DNA from: Longimicrobiales bacterium
GTDB lineage: Bacteria; Gemmatimonadota; Gemmatimonadetes; Longimicrobiales; Gaopeijiaceae
Direction: 5' to 3'
Assembly (NCBI GenBank): GCA_965248195.1
Contig: CBDFIQ010000002.1
Location: forward strand, 704,001-768,000
DNA: 64,000 nucleotides
A program made the translations under genes and the position numbers. Below are positions 1 through 7,990 of this stretch, piece by piece (position 1 is the stretch's first letter; the number at the start of each line of letters is the position of its first letter). The notes beneath the pieces are model-generated. The model worked only from the letters and a program-made list of their open reading frames with translations, was not told the origin of the DNA and ran no database searches.

Positions 1-341
1 TCATGTTCTATAGGCAACGGGACTTCTTCGCGATCGGCGTTGCCTGCTTCTGGCTCGGAACCAGCTTCGCGCACATCGCGCCCTACGCCGCGGACGCACG
101 GGCGCAGTTGCTCCCGCTCGTGTCTACCTTCCAGGGAGCGCCCGGCCACGATTGGAATTACCTGCTCGGTGCCCTGGGGCTCCTGGGCCGGGATCGGGCC
201 ATCGGGGGCGCTTTCCGGGTTGCCGGCATCCTTACGATGGGAGGGGGCTTTTTTGGGAGCCTGTGGGTGCTCCGGGTCATGGCGACATCGGATGTGGCTG
301 ACCAGCGCTTCGAGCCGTTCGAGCACGGCCCAAGTGAATAG
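1..341 (+). CDS. 3' part of a hypothetical membrane protein (probably begins before the window)
   Basis: Open frame from the window edge; hydrophobic segments and a GHDWNYLL motif. Confidence 0.65.
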   Translation, partial: MFYRQRDFFAIGVACFWLGTSFAHIAPYAADARAQLLPLVSTFQGAPGHDWNYLLGALGLLGRDRAIGGAFRVAGILTMGGGFFGSLWVLRVMATSDVADQRFEPFEHGPSE

Positions 342-411
342 AGCTCCGCGAACGGCCACGCTTGCCGGTGTCGTAGCGGCACGGCAAGGTTAGCTTGTCT
401 GATCGCCCAGG

Positions 412-3060
412 ATGAACCATCAGGAGGTGACGGGGATGACGACGAGAAGAGTGATGAGCCATGTCCTGGCCCTCACCGTGGCATCGACCGCCTTCGTGAT
501 CGCGCTCCCGCTGGGTGCGGTGGCACAGGATGTGGTCGAGGAGGAGGAGGCCCAGGACGAGAACCCCTTCGAGGATTTCGAGAAGCTCGTGGAGGGCGCG
601 GAGGTCTCGCTCGGCTTCTTCGACCTTTACACAAAGGAAGGCCGGCTCTATCTCGCTGTTCCAGCGGATCGATTGGGCCAGGACTTCCTGATGGACATGA
701 GGGTGGCCCAAGGCATCGGCGCGGCCGGGCTGTTTGGCGGTACGACGCTGAGCACCTTCGAGATGGATCTGATGGCGTTCGAGAAGCATGGGGAGAATGT
801 CTATCTCGTCCAACGGCCGCACCGCTTCGGTGCCGCATCGGACGATCGGGCAGCGCAAGCCGTCGACATCTCCTTCGGATCCTCAATCGTACAGAGCGCC
901 GATGTCGAGGCTATACGCCCGGACTCCGCTCTCGTACTGGATGTCACGAGCTGGTTTCTTTCGGATCTATCAGGGGTGGGAAGAAGGACTCGGGGAGCCG
1001 CCCGGGGAAACAATGGGCAATCCGGCAGCACGAGCTTCGACCGAAGCCGGAGCTACATCGACGCGGTCTCCAGCTTTCCGGAGAACACGAACATTAGAGC
1101 CACGCTGACGTTTCGTTCAGGACAGCCCAGATCCGTCCCATCGGTCCCCGATGGACGATATATCCCGGTCACCATCCATTACACGCTCGCCAAACTTCCC
1201 GAGCGGCCGATGGAGCGGCGGGTCGCCGATGACCGAGTCGGCAATTTCATGACCGTCCACAAAGACTTCAGCTCCTTGGACTCCACCTTCTTTCGCCGGT
1301 ATGTGAACCGGTGGCGGCTGGAGCCCGGCGAACGCGTCGGAGCCCGGCGACGCCCGGTCGAGCCCATTACGTACTACATCGATCGGACCGTACCCGACGA
1401 GTACCGGGGCTGGTTCAAGGAAGGCATCGAGAACTGGAATACGGCGTTCGAGGCTGCCGGTTGGGTGGACGCGATTCGTGCACTCGACCTGCCCGAGGAT
1501 GCAGACGCGAACGATATCCGGTACTCCGTGCTCCGCTGGAACACCTCCGACGACACCGGCTATGGGGCGATCGGTCCGTCCAAGGTCGACCCACGCACGG
1601 GCGAGATCCTCGACGCCGACATTCTATTCGAAGCAAATATGTTCCGGGGCTTCCGTAACACGTGGCGGAACATCGTGAATCCCGTGACCGCAGCAGAGGC
1701 CTTTGAGATGGCGCTCGGTGTCAGCGAGCTCGAGGCGCCCGAGCCGAACGCCCAGGGGTGGGAGCTTCCCGGATTTGCGTCGGCGCTCCAGGCGCAGGGA
1801 GCGCTGGCCGGCTTGGTGCTCGTGGCGCGGGAGGAGATGGAGCCGGGTGACCCGTTACCGAATGAGCTTCTCCGGCAATACACGATGTGGGTCGTGATGC
1901 ACGAGGTCGGGCACACCCTCGGTCTACGACACAACTTCCGGTCCTCGGCGAGCACTCCCTTGGACCAACTCCACAACGCCGAGTTTACGCGAGCGAATGG
2001 CGTATACGGCTCCGTGATGGAGTATCCGACGGTTAACCTGGCTCCGCCGGGGCAAAGAAACGGCGACTACTATACGTACGACGTCGGGTCCTACGATCGG
2101 TGGGCGATCTCTTACGCGTACACGCGGAGTCAGGACGATGCGGAAGATATCGCGCGCGGGGTCTCCGACGTGGGGCATCTGTACGGCAACGAGCGGGACG
2201 CCCGCGGGGCGTTGGATCCCACGATCAACCCGTATGATCTTGGTGCGGATCCTCTGGCGTGGGGTGCGGAGCGTTCCGCGCTGATCCGTGACCTTCTGCC
2301 AAAGATTCCTGAGTACGTCCTCCAGGACGACTCCCCATTCGTCGAGGTCACCAACGCATACAACCAGCTCATCACCGAATATGCTCGGGCGCTCGCACCG
2401 GCAGTGAAGTATATCGGCGGTCAGTATATGAATCGCGATCATGTGGGAGACGGGCGTGATCCGTTCGTGAACGTACCCAAGGTCAAGCAGTTGGAAGCAC
2501 TCGAACTGCTCATCGATCGTATTTTCGCAGACGGGGCGCTGGCGTTGGATCCTGCTGTGCTCCAGAGCTTCGGAACGGATGGGTACGAGCATTGGGGCAG
2601 TAACCGCACGACCGACGGCCGTTTCGACTACCCTTTCCACGCTCGGACGCTTGAGCTCCAGTCGTCTGTCCTGAACCAGATCCTGAACGCCTCCCGGCTA
2701 GCTCGAATTCGAGACGCCGAGACGAAGTTCGGGGCCGGGCAGGTCGCTACGATTCCGGAGCTACTGGGATCTTTGACGACCGCCATTTGGAGCGAACTAG
2801 GACGGGGGACGATCAGCGCCGATCGTCGGGACCTTCAACGGGCCTACTTGGACGCTATGATGGGCCTGGTTGTAAATCCGGCGAACCGAACGCCGGCCGA
2901 TGCTCGTGCGGTGGCACGGTGGGAATTGGCCCAACTCCGCGTTCGCATCGATGCGGCTCAGGCGGGGGCTTCGGACGGATATACCCGAGCGCACCTTTTT
3001 GAGGCGCTGGCGCGTATCGACAAGACGCTCGAGGCGGGACTAGAGGCTGAAGCAAATTGA
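412..3060 (+). CDS. Exported zinc-dependent metalloprotease (EcxA / DUF5117-DUF4953-like metzincin)
   Basis: 882-aa ORF; signal peptide ending AVA-Q; HEVGHTLGLRH zinc motif; SVMEY Met-turn; DPRTGEILDADI motif. Confidence 0.9.
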   Translation: MNHQEVTGMTTRRVMSHVLALTVASTAFVIALPLGAVAQDVVEEEEAQDENPFEDFEKLVEGAEVSLGFFDLYTKEGRLYLAVPADRLGQDFLMDMRVAQGIGAAGLFGGTTLSTFEMDLMAFEKHGENVYLVQRPHRFGAASDDRAAQAVDISFGSSIVQSADVEAIRPDSALVLDVTSWFLSDLSGVGRRTRGAARGNNGQSGSTSFDRSRSYIDAVSSFPENTNIRATLTFRSGQPRSVPSVPDGRYIPVTIHYTLAKLPERPMERRVADDRVGNFMTVHKDFSSLDSTFFRRYVNRWRLEPGERVGARRRPVEPITYYIDRTVPDEYRGWFKEGIENWNTAFEAAGWVDAIRALDLPEDADANDIRYSVLRWNTSDDTGYGAIGPSKVDPRTGEILDADILFEANMFRGFRNTWRNIVNPVTAAEAFEMALGVSELEAPEPNAQGWELPGFASALQAQGALAGLVLVAREEMEPGDPLPNELLRQYTMWVVMHEVGHTLGLRHNFRSSASTPLDQLHNAEFTRANGVYGSVMEYPTVNLAPPGQRNGDYYTYDVGSYDRWAISYAYTRSQDDAEDIARGVSDVGHLYGNERDARGALDPTINPYDLGADPLAWGAERSALIRDLLPKIPEYVLQDDSPFVEVTNAYNQLITEYARALAPAVKYIGGQYMNRDHVGDGRDPFVNVPKVKQLEALELLIDRIFADGALALDPAVLQSFGTDGYEHWGSNRTTDGRFDYPFHARTLELQSSVLNQILNASRLARIRDAETKFGAGQVATIPELLGSLTTAIWSELGRGTISADRRDLQRAYLDAMMGLVVNPANRTPADARAVARWELAQLRVRIDAAQAGASDGYTRAHLFEALARIDKTLEAGLEAEAN

Positions 3061-3065
3061 GGGAG

Positions 3066-3094
3066 TGGGAGGGGGGGGATGGCCCCCCCTCCCA
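3066..3094. terminator. GC-rich hairpin between convergent genes (probable terminator)
   Basis: TGGGAGGGGGGG-gatgg-CCCCCCCTCCCA, 12-bp stem between stops at 3060 and 3108; no U-tract. Confidence 0.55.
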
Positions 3095-3107
3095 GGTCCA
3101 AGCGCGG

Positions 3108-4166
3108 TCAAATCCCCAAGTTCATTTGGATCGCATCTCCGGGCCGTCGAAACGCAGCAGTGGACAACTCCGCTGGCGGGCCTTCCAGGCCCGCCTTCCT
3201 CCGGGCCACGTGAAAGAGCTGCATGACCTGCTTTGCCATGGGTCCCTGGCCCTTCATGCGGGACACGAGACGCGGATCGTTCAGCCGACCGCCTCGCATC
3301 GCCAAGATCCGATTGACGATCTTTTCCTTACGGTCAGGCACGTGCCGCTCGAGCCAATCCAGGAACAGATCCTTCACGCCGTAAGGGAGCCGCAGCGGAA
3401 CGCAGCTCGCCTCCTTGGCTCCTCTGTCCGCCGCGGCCATGAGGATCGAAGGAATCTCGTGGTCGGTGAGCCCCGGGATCACAGGCGCCACGAAGACCGC
3501 GACCGGCACGCCGGCTAGGGTCAGCTGCTCGATCGCCTCGAGCCTTCGCGTCGGACTCGATGTGCGCGGCTCCATAACCCTTTGGAGGGTGGGATCCAAG
3601 GTAATCAAAGAGATCGCGACCTTCACCGCTTCGTAAGAAGCGAGTTCAGTGAGAAGGTCGAGGTCTCGAGTTACGAGAAAATTCTTCGTGATGACCATCA
3701 CGGGGTTTCTGAACTCCGTGAGTACCTCCAGACAACCCCGCGTGACTCTAGCCGTGCGCTCGACGGGTTGATAAGGGTCGGTGACTCCAGAAAGTGCCAA
3801 CAGCTTGGGCCGCCACCGAGGGGAGGAAAGTTCGTTTCGCAGGAGTTCGGGGGCGTCCTGCTTGATAAAGATCTTCGACTCGAAGTCGAGACCCGCCGAC
3901 AGGCCCAGGTATTCGTGCGTAGGACGGGCGTAACAATAGGCACAGCCGTGCTCGCAGCCCCTGTACGGGTTGATGCTCACCTCGAACCCGACATCGGGAC
4001 TCGTGTTGCGGGCCACGATCGATCGAGTGGAGTCTTTGAAGAACTGCGTTCGCGGGACAGGGTCCTCCACTACCGTCGATGGGTCGCGCTCCAGAGTAAC
4101 GCGTTCGAAGCGGTTGCTTGAGTTGGGCGTCACGCCACGCCCGCGGAGCGTTGGAAGCATTGTCAT
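3108..4166 (-). CDS. PA0069-family radical SAM protein (spore photoproduct lyase-like, DNA-repair associated)
   Basis: SINPYRGCEHGCAYCYARPTHEYLG (CxxxCxxC), SGVTDPYQP; likely start ATG 4166 or 4160 rather than 4439. Confidence 0.9.
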   Translation of the reverse strand: MTMLPTLRGRGVTPNSSNRFERVTLERDPSTVVEDPVPRTQFFKDSTRSIVARNTSPDVGFEVSINPYRGCEHGCAYCYARPTHEYLGLSAGLDFESKIFIKQDAPELLRNELSSPRWRPKLLALSGVTDPYQPVERTARVTRGCLEVLTEFRNPVMVITKNFLVTRDLDLLTELASYEAVKVAISLITLDPTLQRVMEPRTSSPTRRLEAIEQLTLAGVPVAVFVAPVIPGLTDHEIPSILMAAADRGAKEASCVPLRLPYGVKDLFLDWLERHVPDRKEKIVNRILAMRGGRLNDPRLVSRMKGQGPMAKQVMQLFHVARRKAGLEGPPAELSTAAFRRPGDAIQMNLGI

Positions 4167-4227
4167 TCGTCTTGGTGGGTCCTTGTGCTCAGCGGCGGGC
4201 GCATCTTTTCTCGAATCAATATTGTAT

Positions 4228-4247
4228 GTTCGGTATTTATTCGGTAT
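4228..4247. promoter_or_regulatory. Candidate operator (TTCGGTAT direct repeat with 11-bp period; GTTC-N7-ATTC) in a divergent promoter
   Basis: AT-rich island between two divergent DNA-repair genes; repeats at 4229-4236 and 4240-4247. Confidence 0.45.
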
Positions 4248-4293
4248 ATGATACATGTTGGCGACCCACGACGAAAGAGACGATGTTGCAGCG

Positions 4294-4914
4294 ATGAGAC
4301 CCACCAAAGCCCAGATGGCAGCGCTGAGGCGCAGGGACCCCGTTCTCGGGGCCGCCATCAAGCACCTACCGCCCTTCCCGGACCTGCCGGTCGGGATCCT
4401 GCGAGGTCCGTACTTCCACGTGCTGGCCCGATCGATCATTTACCAACAGCTTGCGACGCGGGCGGCGGCGACGATTTACCGCCGGGTTCGAAAGCTGAGT
4501 CCAGGTCCCCGTTTTCCGACTCCAGCTCAGATGTTGGCGCTCTCCGAACAGCGGCTCCGAGCCGCGGGATTGTCTGGAAACAAGACGAGGGCCCTCCGGG
4601 GTCTCGCCACCAAGATCGTGAGCGGCGAACTCCGTCTCAGGGGCATCGCCCGCCACGACGACGAGGAGGTCATCGAGCGGCTTACTACGGTTTGGGGCAT
4701 CGGTGAGTGGACAGCGCAGATGTTCCTCATCTTCAAGCTGGGGCGGCTGGACATCATGCCCGCGGGCGACCTCGGCGTGCAGGAGGGGCTGCGCGTCTTG
4801 GATGGACTGGATGGGCGCCCTTCCCCCGACACCCTGCTCGGTCGCGCCGAGGTTTGGCGGCCACTTCGCAGCGTCGCCGCGTGGTATTTGTGGAGGCTGA
4901 CGGACACGCCATGA
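4294..4914 (+). CDS. DNA-3-methyladenine glycosylase II family (AlkA-like, HhH-GPD)
   Basis: LARSIIYQQL, HhH motif LTTVWGIGEWTAQM, catalytic Asp in PAGDLGV, WRPLRSVAAWYLW; ATG 4294 chosen as start. Confidence 0.9.
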   Translation: MRPTKAQMAALRRRDPVLGAAIKHLPPFPDLPVGILRGPYFHVLARSIIYQQLATRAAATIYRRVRKLSPGPRFPTPAQMLALSEQRLRAAGLSGNKTRALRGLATKIVSGELRLRGIARHDDEEVIERLTTVWGIGEWTAQMFLIFKLGRLDIMPAGDLGVQEGLRVLDGLDGRPSPDTLLGRAEVWRPLRSVAAWYLWRLTDTP

Positions 4915-4945
4915 CACTCGGGCGGCCAAAATCGCGTAGTGCAAG

Positions 4946-5246
4946 AAGGCTGTTGAAGGAGTACAGCGGGTCGCGCACAGGGCGCTTGTGCGTGTTCAGA
5001 CAAGGAACGACGACGAGGCGTAGCAACGCTACTCCGAGGAGGAGAGACGCCGGATCAACCGCACAACCGCCCTGTGCCCACGACCATGTGTGGCATAAGC
5101 TTACAAGTTGAAGGGTTGCGGTGGCACGGCCCCATCTCCGTTGTTGGAGTTCCTAGCCATAGCTACGGCTATGGCGTCGTCGCTCCGCCTAGGAGCTAGG
5201 ACCGTGGCATCCGCAACGCGGCCCACTGTACTCCTTCAACAGCCTT
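4946..5246. mobile_element. 301-bp non-autonomous MITE-like element with 21-bp perfect terminal inverted repeats
   Basis: AAGGCTGTTGAAGGAGTACAG at 4946-4966 and its reverse complement at 5226-5246; flanks CAAG and CCAG (each one mismatch from CTAG); two internal long hairpins; no credible ORF. Confidence 0.8.
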
Positions 5247-5288
5247 CCAGAAGGCATGACGTGACGCCATCCGAACAGGAGGGTCTTG

Positions 5289-5480
5289 ATGGCCAAGAGC
5301 AGCCGAGGACGCGCACCGCGAGACAAGAAACCCTCGCTCAAGCATCCGCAATGGCTCGGTACACCCGGTGCGCCCAAGCCGCCCAAGACGCCACCGCCAC
5401 CCCGCCCTACTCCCCCGGTGGGGTCAGTGCCGGGCCCTGACTTCAAGAAAGTGATGAAGAAGATCAGGAAGAAGCGGTAG
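5289..5480 (+). CDS. Small basic Pro/Lys-rich protein (63 aa)
   Basis: AGGAGG a few nt upstream of ATG 5289; MAKSSRGRAPRDKKP...KKVMKKIRKKR. Confidence 0.55.
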   Translation: MAKSSRGRAPRDKKPSLKHPQWLGTPGAPKPPKTPPPPRPTPPVGSVPGPDFKKVMKKIRKKR

Positions 5481-5552
5481 GGCTTGAAGAAGCGGTAAGG
5501 CTTGTTGAAGAAGTGGGGCGAGCCGCTTTACGGAATTACGAAGGAAGCCGAA

Positions 5553-5951
5553 TCATTCGGGGCTGGCGAGCGAGGCTTTCAACGCCTCGTCGACCAAGAA
5601 GAGATCGGTCAGAAGCGCCCGGAAGTGGATCGACGCGTTCAGGTTGTCGATCAACTGAGAACTGATCGACGGCTGCGCCATGACGAGCCCGAGAGCGGCC
5701 CGTGTGTCAGCGGCATCCCGCTGGACAACCTGATCCATGGCCGCCACGGCGTCCGCGTCGTTACCCTCGGCTGCGTCGCCGATGCCACCCTCGAAGGCAG
5801 CGAGGGCCTGGTCGGCCCGGCTCAGATATTGGGTCAACTCACCACTGACGCCGGCACCGGATCCAGACACTCCTTGAGCCGCATACGCGAGAAAGAACTC
5901 GTAGGTCTCCTCGATCGTGTCGATATGTTTCTGTAACTCGTCGGACGTCAC
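5553..5951 (-). CDS. Hypothetical protein, last gene of the molybdoenzyme operon
   Basis: GTG 5951 follows the cytochrome b stop at 5953; helical acidic protein IEETYEFFLAYAAQG...SSQLIDNLNASIHFRALLTDLF. Confidence 0.75.
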   Translation of the reverse strand: MTSDELQKHIDTIEETYEFFLAYAAQGVSGSGAGVSGELTQYLSRADQALAAFEGGIGDAAEGNDADAVAAMDQVVQRDAADTRAALGLVMAQPSISSQLIDNLNASIHFRALLTDLFLVDEALKASLASPE

Positions 5952-5952
5952 C

Positions 5953-6972
5953 TCAGTCCAGACCTCCGACCTCTGACGCCCGCTCATCGTCTGCATCGCT
6001 GGACTCTCCAGCCGCTCCACCACCATTCGCCGCAGCATCGCCGCCGCTCGCCGTAGCATCGCCACTACCGACCGCCACGTCGCCACCGCCGACCGCAGCA
6101 TCAACAGAACCGGCCGGAGCACCCACGCCGGCTGGCACGAGCTCTTCTTCAGGGGCAGCAGCTCCGTCGATTACCCAACGACTCGGATCGAAGTTCTCGG
6201 CGTATTTGTCTTTGCCGATGAACCCATAAATCATCGACTTCGTGATCCACCACTTGTCCGGCCGTATCGCGAAGTAGATATGCGAAATGACCAGAGCGAT
6301 GAGGGCCACACCGGAGATACCGTGAACCACGTACACCACGCCCCAAGAACTGTCCGCGAGCATATACGGGTTCGCGGTCCAGAACGGCGTCTCGAGCCGG
6401 AGCATCATGAAGATGCCCGTGACGATGGCGGCCAGACCCGACACAGCCGCACCGTGGTGGAACATCTTATGATCGATCGGATACTTCGCGGCCTTGGGCA
6501 CCTCCGTCCCGTTTCGCCCTAACATATGACTCAACTCGGCCATCCCAGCCTTGATGTCGGCTTTGTCGACCCACATCGCCCAGAAATCTTGCCAGAAAAC
6601 CGCACGAACGACGTGGTAGACGATGGTTGCTGTCAGGACCAGGCCGGCCACCCAGTGGATCGTGACCCACGCGAACTGGATCCCCATGACCGGGGCGAAC
6701 GCCGTGATCAGAAGCACGAGCATCGCCGCCGACATGACCCAGTGGAACACACGTTCCGCAAGGGCATGCCGAAGAATCTGGGCGGGGAGCCCAGCGCCGC
6801 TGGACCCTCCACCCGTATCTGTCGAAGCAGCGGGCGCGAGCCACTTAGCCCAGACGGCATGGGCGGCGACGAAAGCCAAGCCGCCGATCACCGCAAGCCA
6901 CATGAGGTCCCAGGAGACTCCGATCAGAACATCCTGGCCCCACGGGTTGGCCGCGCGCCTCCAGAGTTCCAC
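5953..6972 (-). CDS. Membrane cytochrome b (formate dehydrogenase gamma / FdnI-like)
   Basis: ILRHALAERVFHW motif; several TM helices with His at FHW, IHW, VHG and SHIY; low-complexity acidic tail. Confidence 0.85.
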   Translation of the reverse strand: MELWRRAANPWGQDVLIGVSWDLMWLAVIGGLAFVAAHAVWAKWLAPAASTDTGGGSSGAGLPAQILRHALAERVFHWVMSAAMLVLLITAFAPVMGIQFAWVTIHWVAGLVLTATIVYHVVRAVFWQDFWAMWVDKADIKAGMAELSHMLGRNGTEVPKAAKYPIDHKMFHHGAAVSGLAAIVTGIFMMLRLETPFWTANPYMLADSSWGVVYVVHGISGVALIALVISHIYFAIRPDKWWITKSMIYGFIGKDKYAENFDPSRWVIDGAAAPEEELVPAGVGAPAGSVDAAVGGGDVAVGSGDATASGGDAAANGGGAAGESSDADDERASEVGGLD

Positions 6973-6973
6973 G

Positions 6974-7975
6974 CTAGACCCCCGTGCCGCGGACGGCCCG
7001 ACGGACCAAGTTCCGCATCAGGGGGATTTTGAAATCATTGTGCCGTAGTGGCTGCGCATCACGAATCGCGACTTCACCGGCCTCCGTCCCCAATGCTTCG
7101 GAAGGAGCCTGGCCACGGAGGACCCTTTCGGAATCTTCGAGGCGCATGGGGAACGGAGCAGCCCCATTGACCGCCATCCGCACCTCTTCGATCACGCCGC
7201 CGTTGATGCGCATCGCCGATGCCACCGTCATGAGTGCGAAGTCCCACGCCTTCCGGTCTTCGACCTTCTCATAGTAGAAGGTGGCGCCTGCCCAGGTGGA
7301 CGGGAGGCGGATGGCCGTCAGGAGCTCACCGGGCTTCAAAATGGTCATGCGCTCGATATCTACGCTGGGTCGCATGAAGAAGTCCTCGGCATCGACGACC
7401 CGTTCACCTCTCGCTCCCTGAATCACGAACTGCGCATCGAGCGCGATGAGCGCCGGTGCTGAATCGGAGGGGCTGACCGCCACACAACGGCTCGCGCCGA
7501 TAATGCAATGCTCTCGATTCATCGCCGTGGGCGCCGAGGCGTAGCAGGTGTTACCGCCGGCCCGGTAGCAGGGCCACCCACCGCGGTAGTACCAGCAACG
7601 CGTGTCCTGGACCAGGTTGCCCGCGATCGTACCCCGGTTCCGAATCTGGGGCGTCGCGATGTGGGAGGCAGCGTCCGTGAGAACACTGTAATTCGCCAAC
7701 AACCCTGGGTGCGTGGCCACTTCGGTGAGCGTGGTCATCGCGCCGATTTCCATTCCGTCGGCCGTGCTACGCACGCCTTTGAGCTCATCCACGTTGACGA
7801 GGTCGACCACGGCCGTAGGCCGCTTGATCCGTTCCTTCCACCAGTCGAAGCTGTCCATCCCGCCGCCCAGCACCCAACCATCCTCACCGTATCGAATCAA
7901 CAGTTCGATCGCATCGTCGGCGCTCGTCGGCTGGAAGAGCTCGAACGCCGGGATCATATCTCTGATGACCGCCAT
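6974..7975 (-). CDS. Xanthine dehydrogenase family FAD-binding subunit with [4Fe-4S] insert (PaoB/YagS-like)
   Basis: LGGGMD, ATPQIRNRGTIAGN, Cys insert RCWYYR..CYRAGGNTC...RCVAVSPSD. Confidence 0.92.
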   Translation of the reverse strand: MAVIRDMIPAFELFQPTSADDAIELLIRYGEDGWVLGGGMDSFDWWKERIKRPTAVVDLVNVDELKGVRSTADGMEIGAMTTLTEVATHPGLLANYSVLTDAASHIATPQIRNRGTIAGNLVQDTRCWYYRGGWPCYRAGGNTCYASAPTAMNREHCIIGASRCVAVSPSDSAPALIALDAQFVIQGARGERVVDAEDFFMRPSVDIERMTILKPGELLTAIRLPSTWAGATFYYEKVEDRKAWDFALMTVASAMRINGGVIEEVRMAVNGAAPFPMRLEDSERVLRGQAPSEALGTEAGEVAIRDAQPLRHNDFKIPLMRNLVRRAVRGTGV

Positions 7976-7990
7976 CTTCGCTATCTCCCT

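Noticed and set aside
4167..4439. N-terminal extension of the radical SAM ORF
   Set aside because: Overlaps the divergent glycosylase gene and the AT-rich promoter; no family-like sequence
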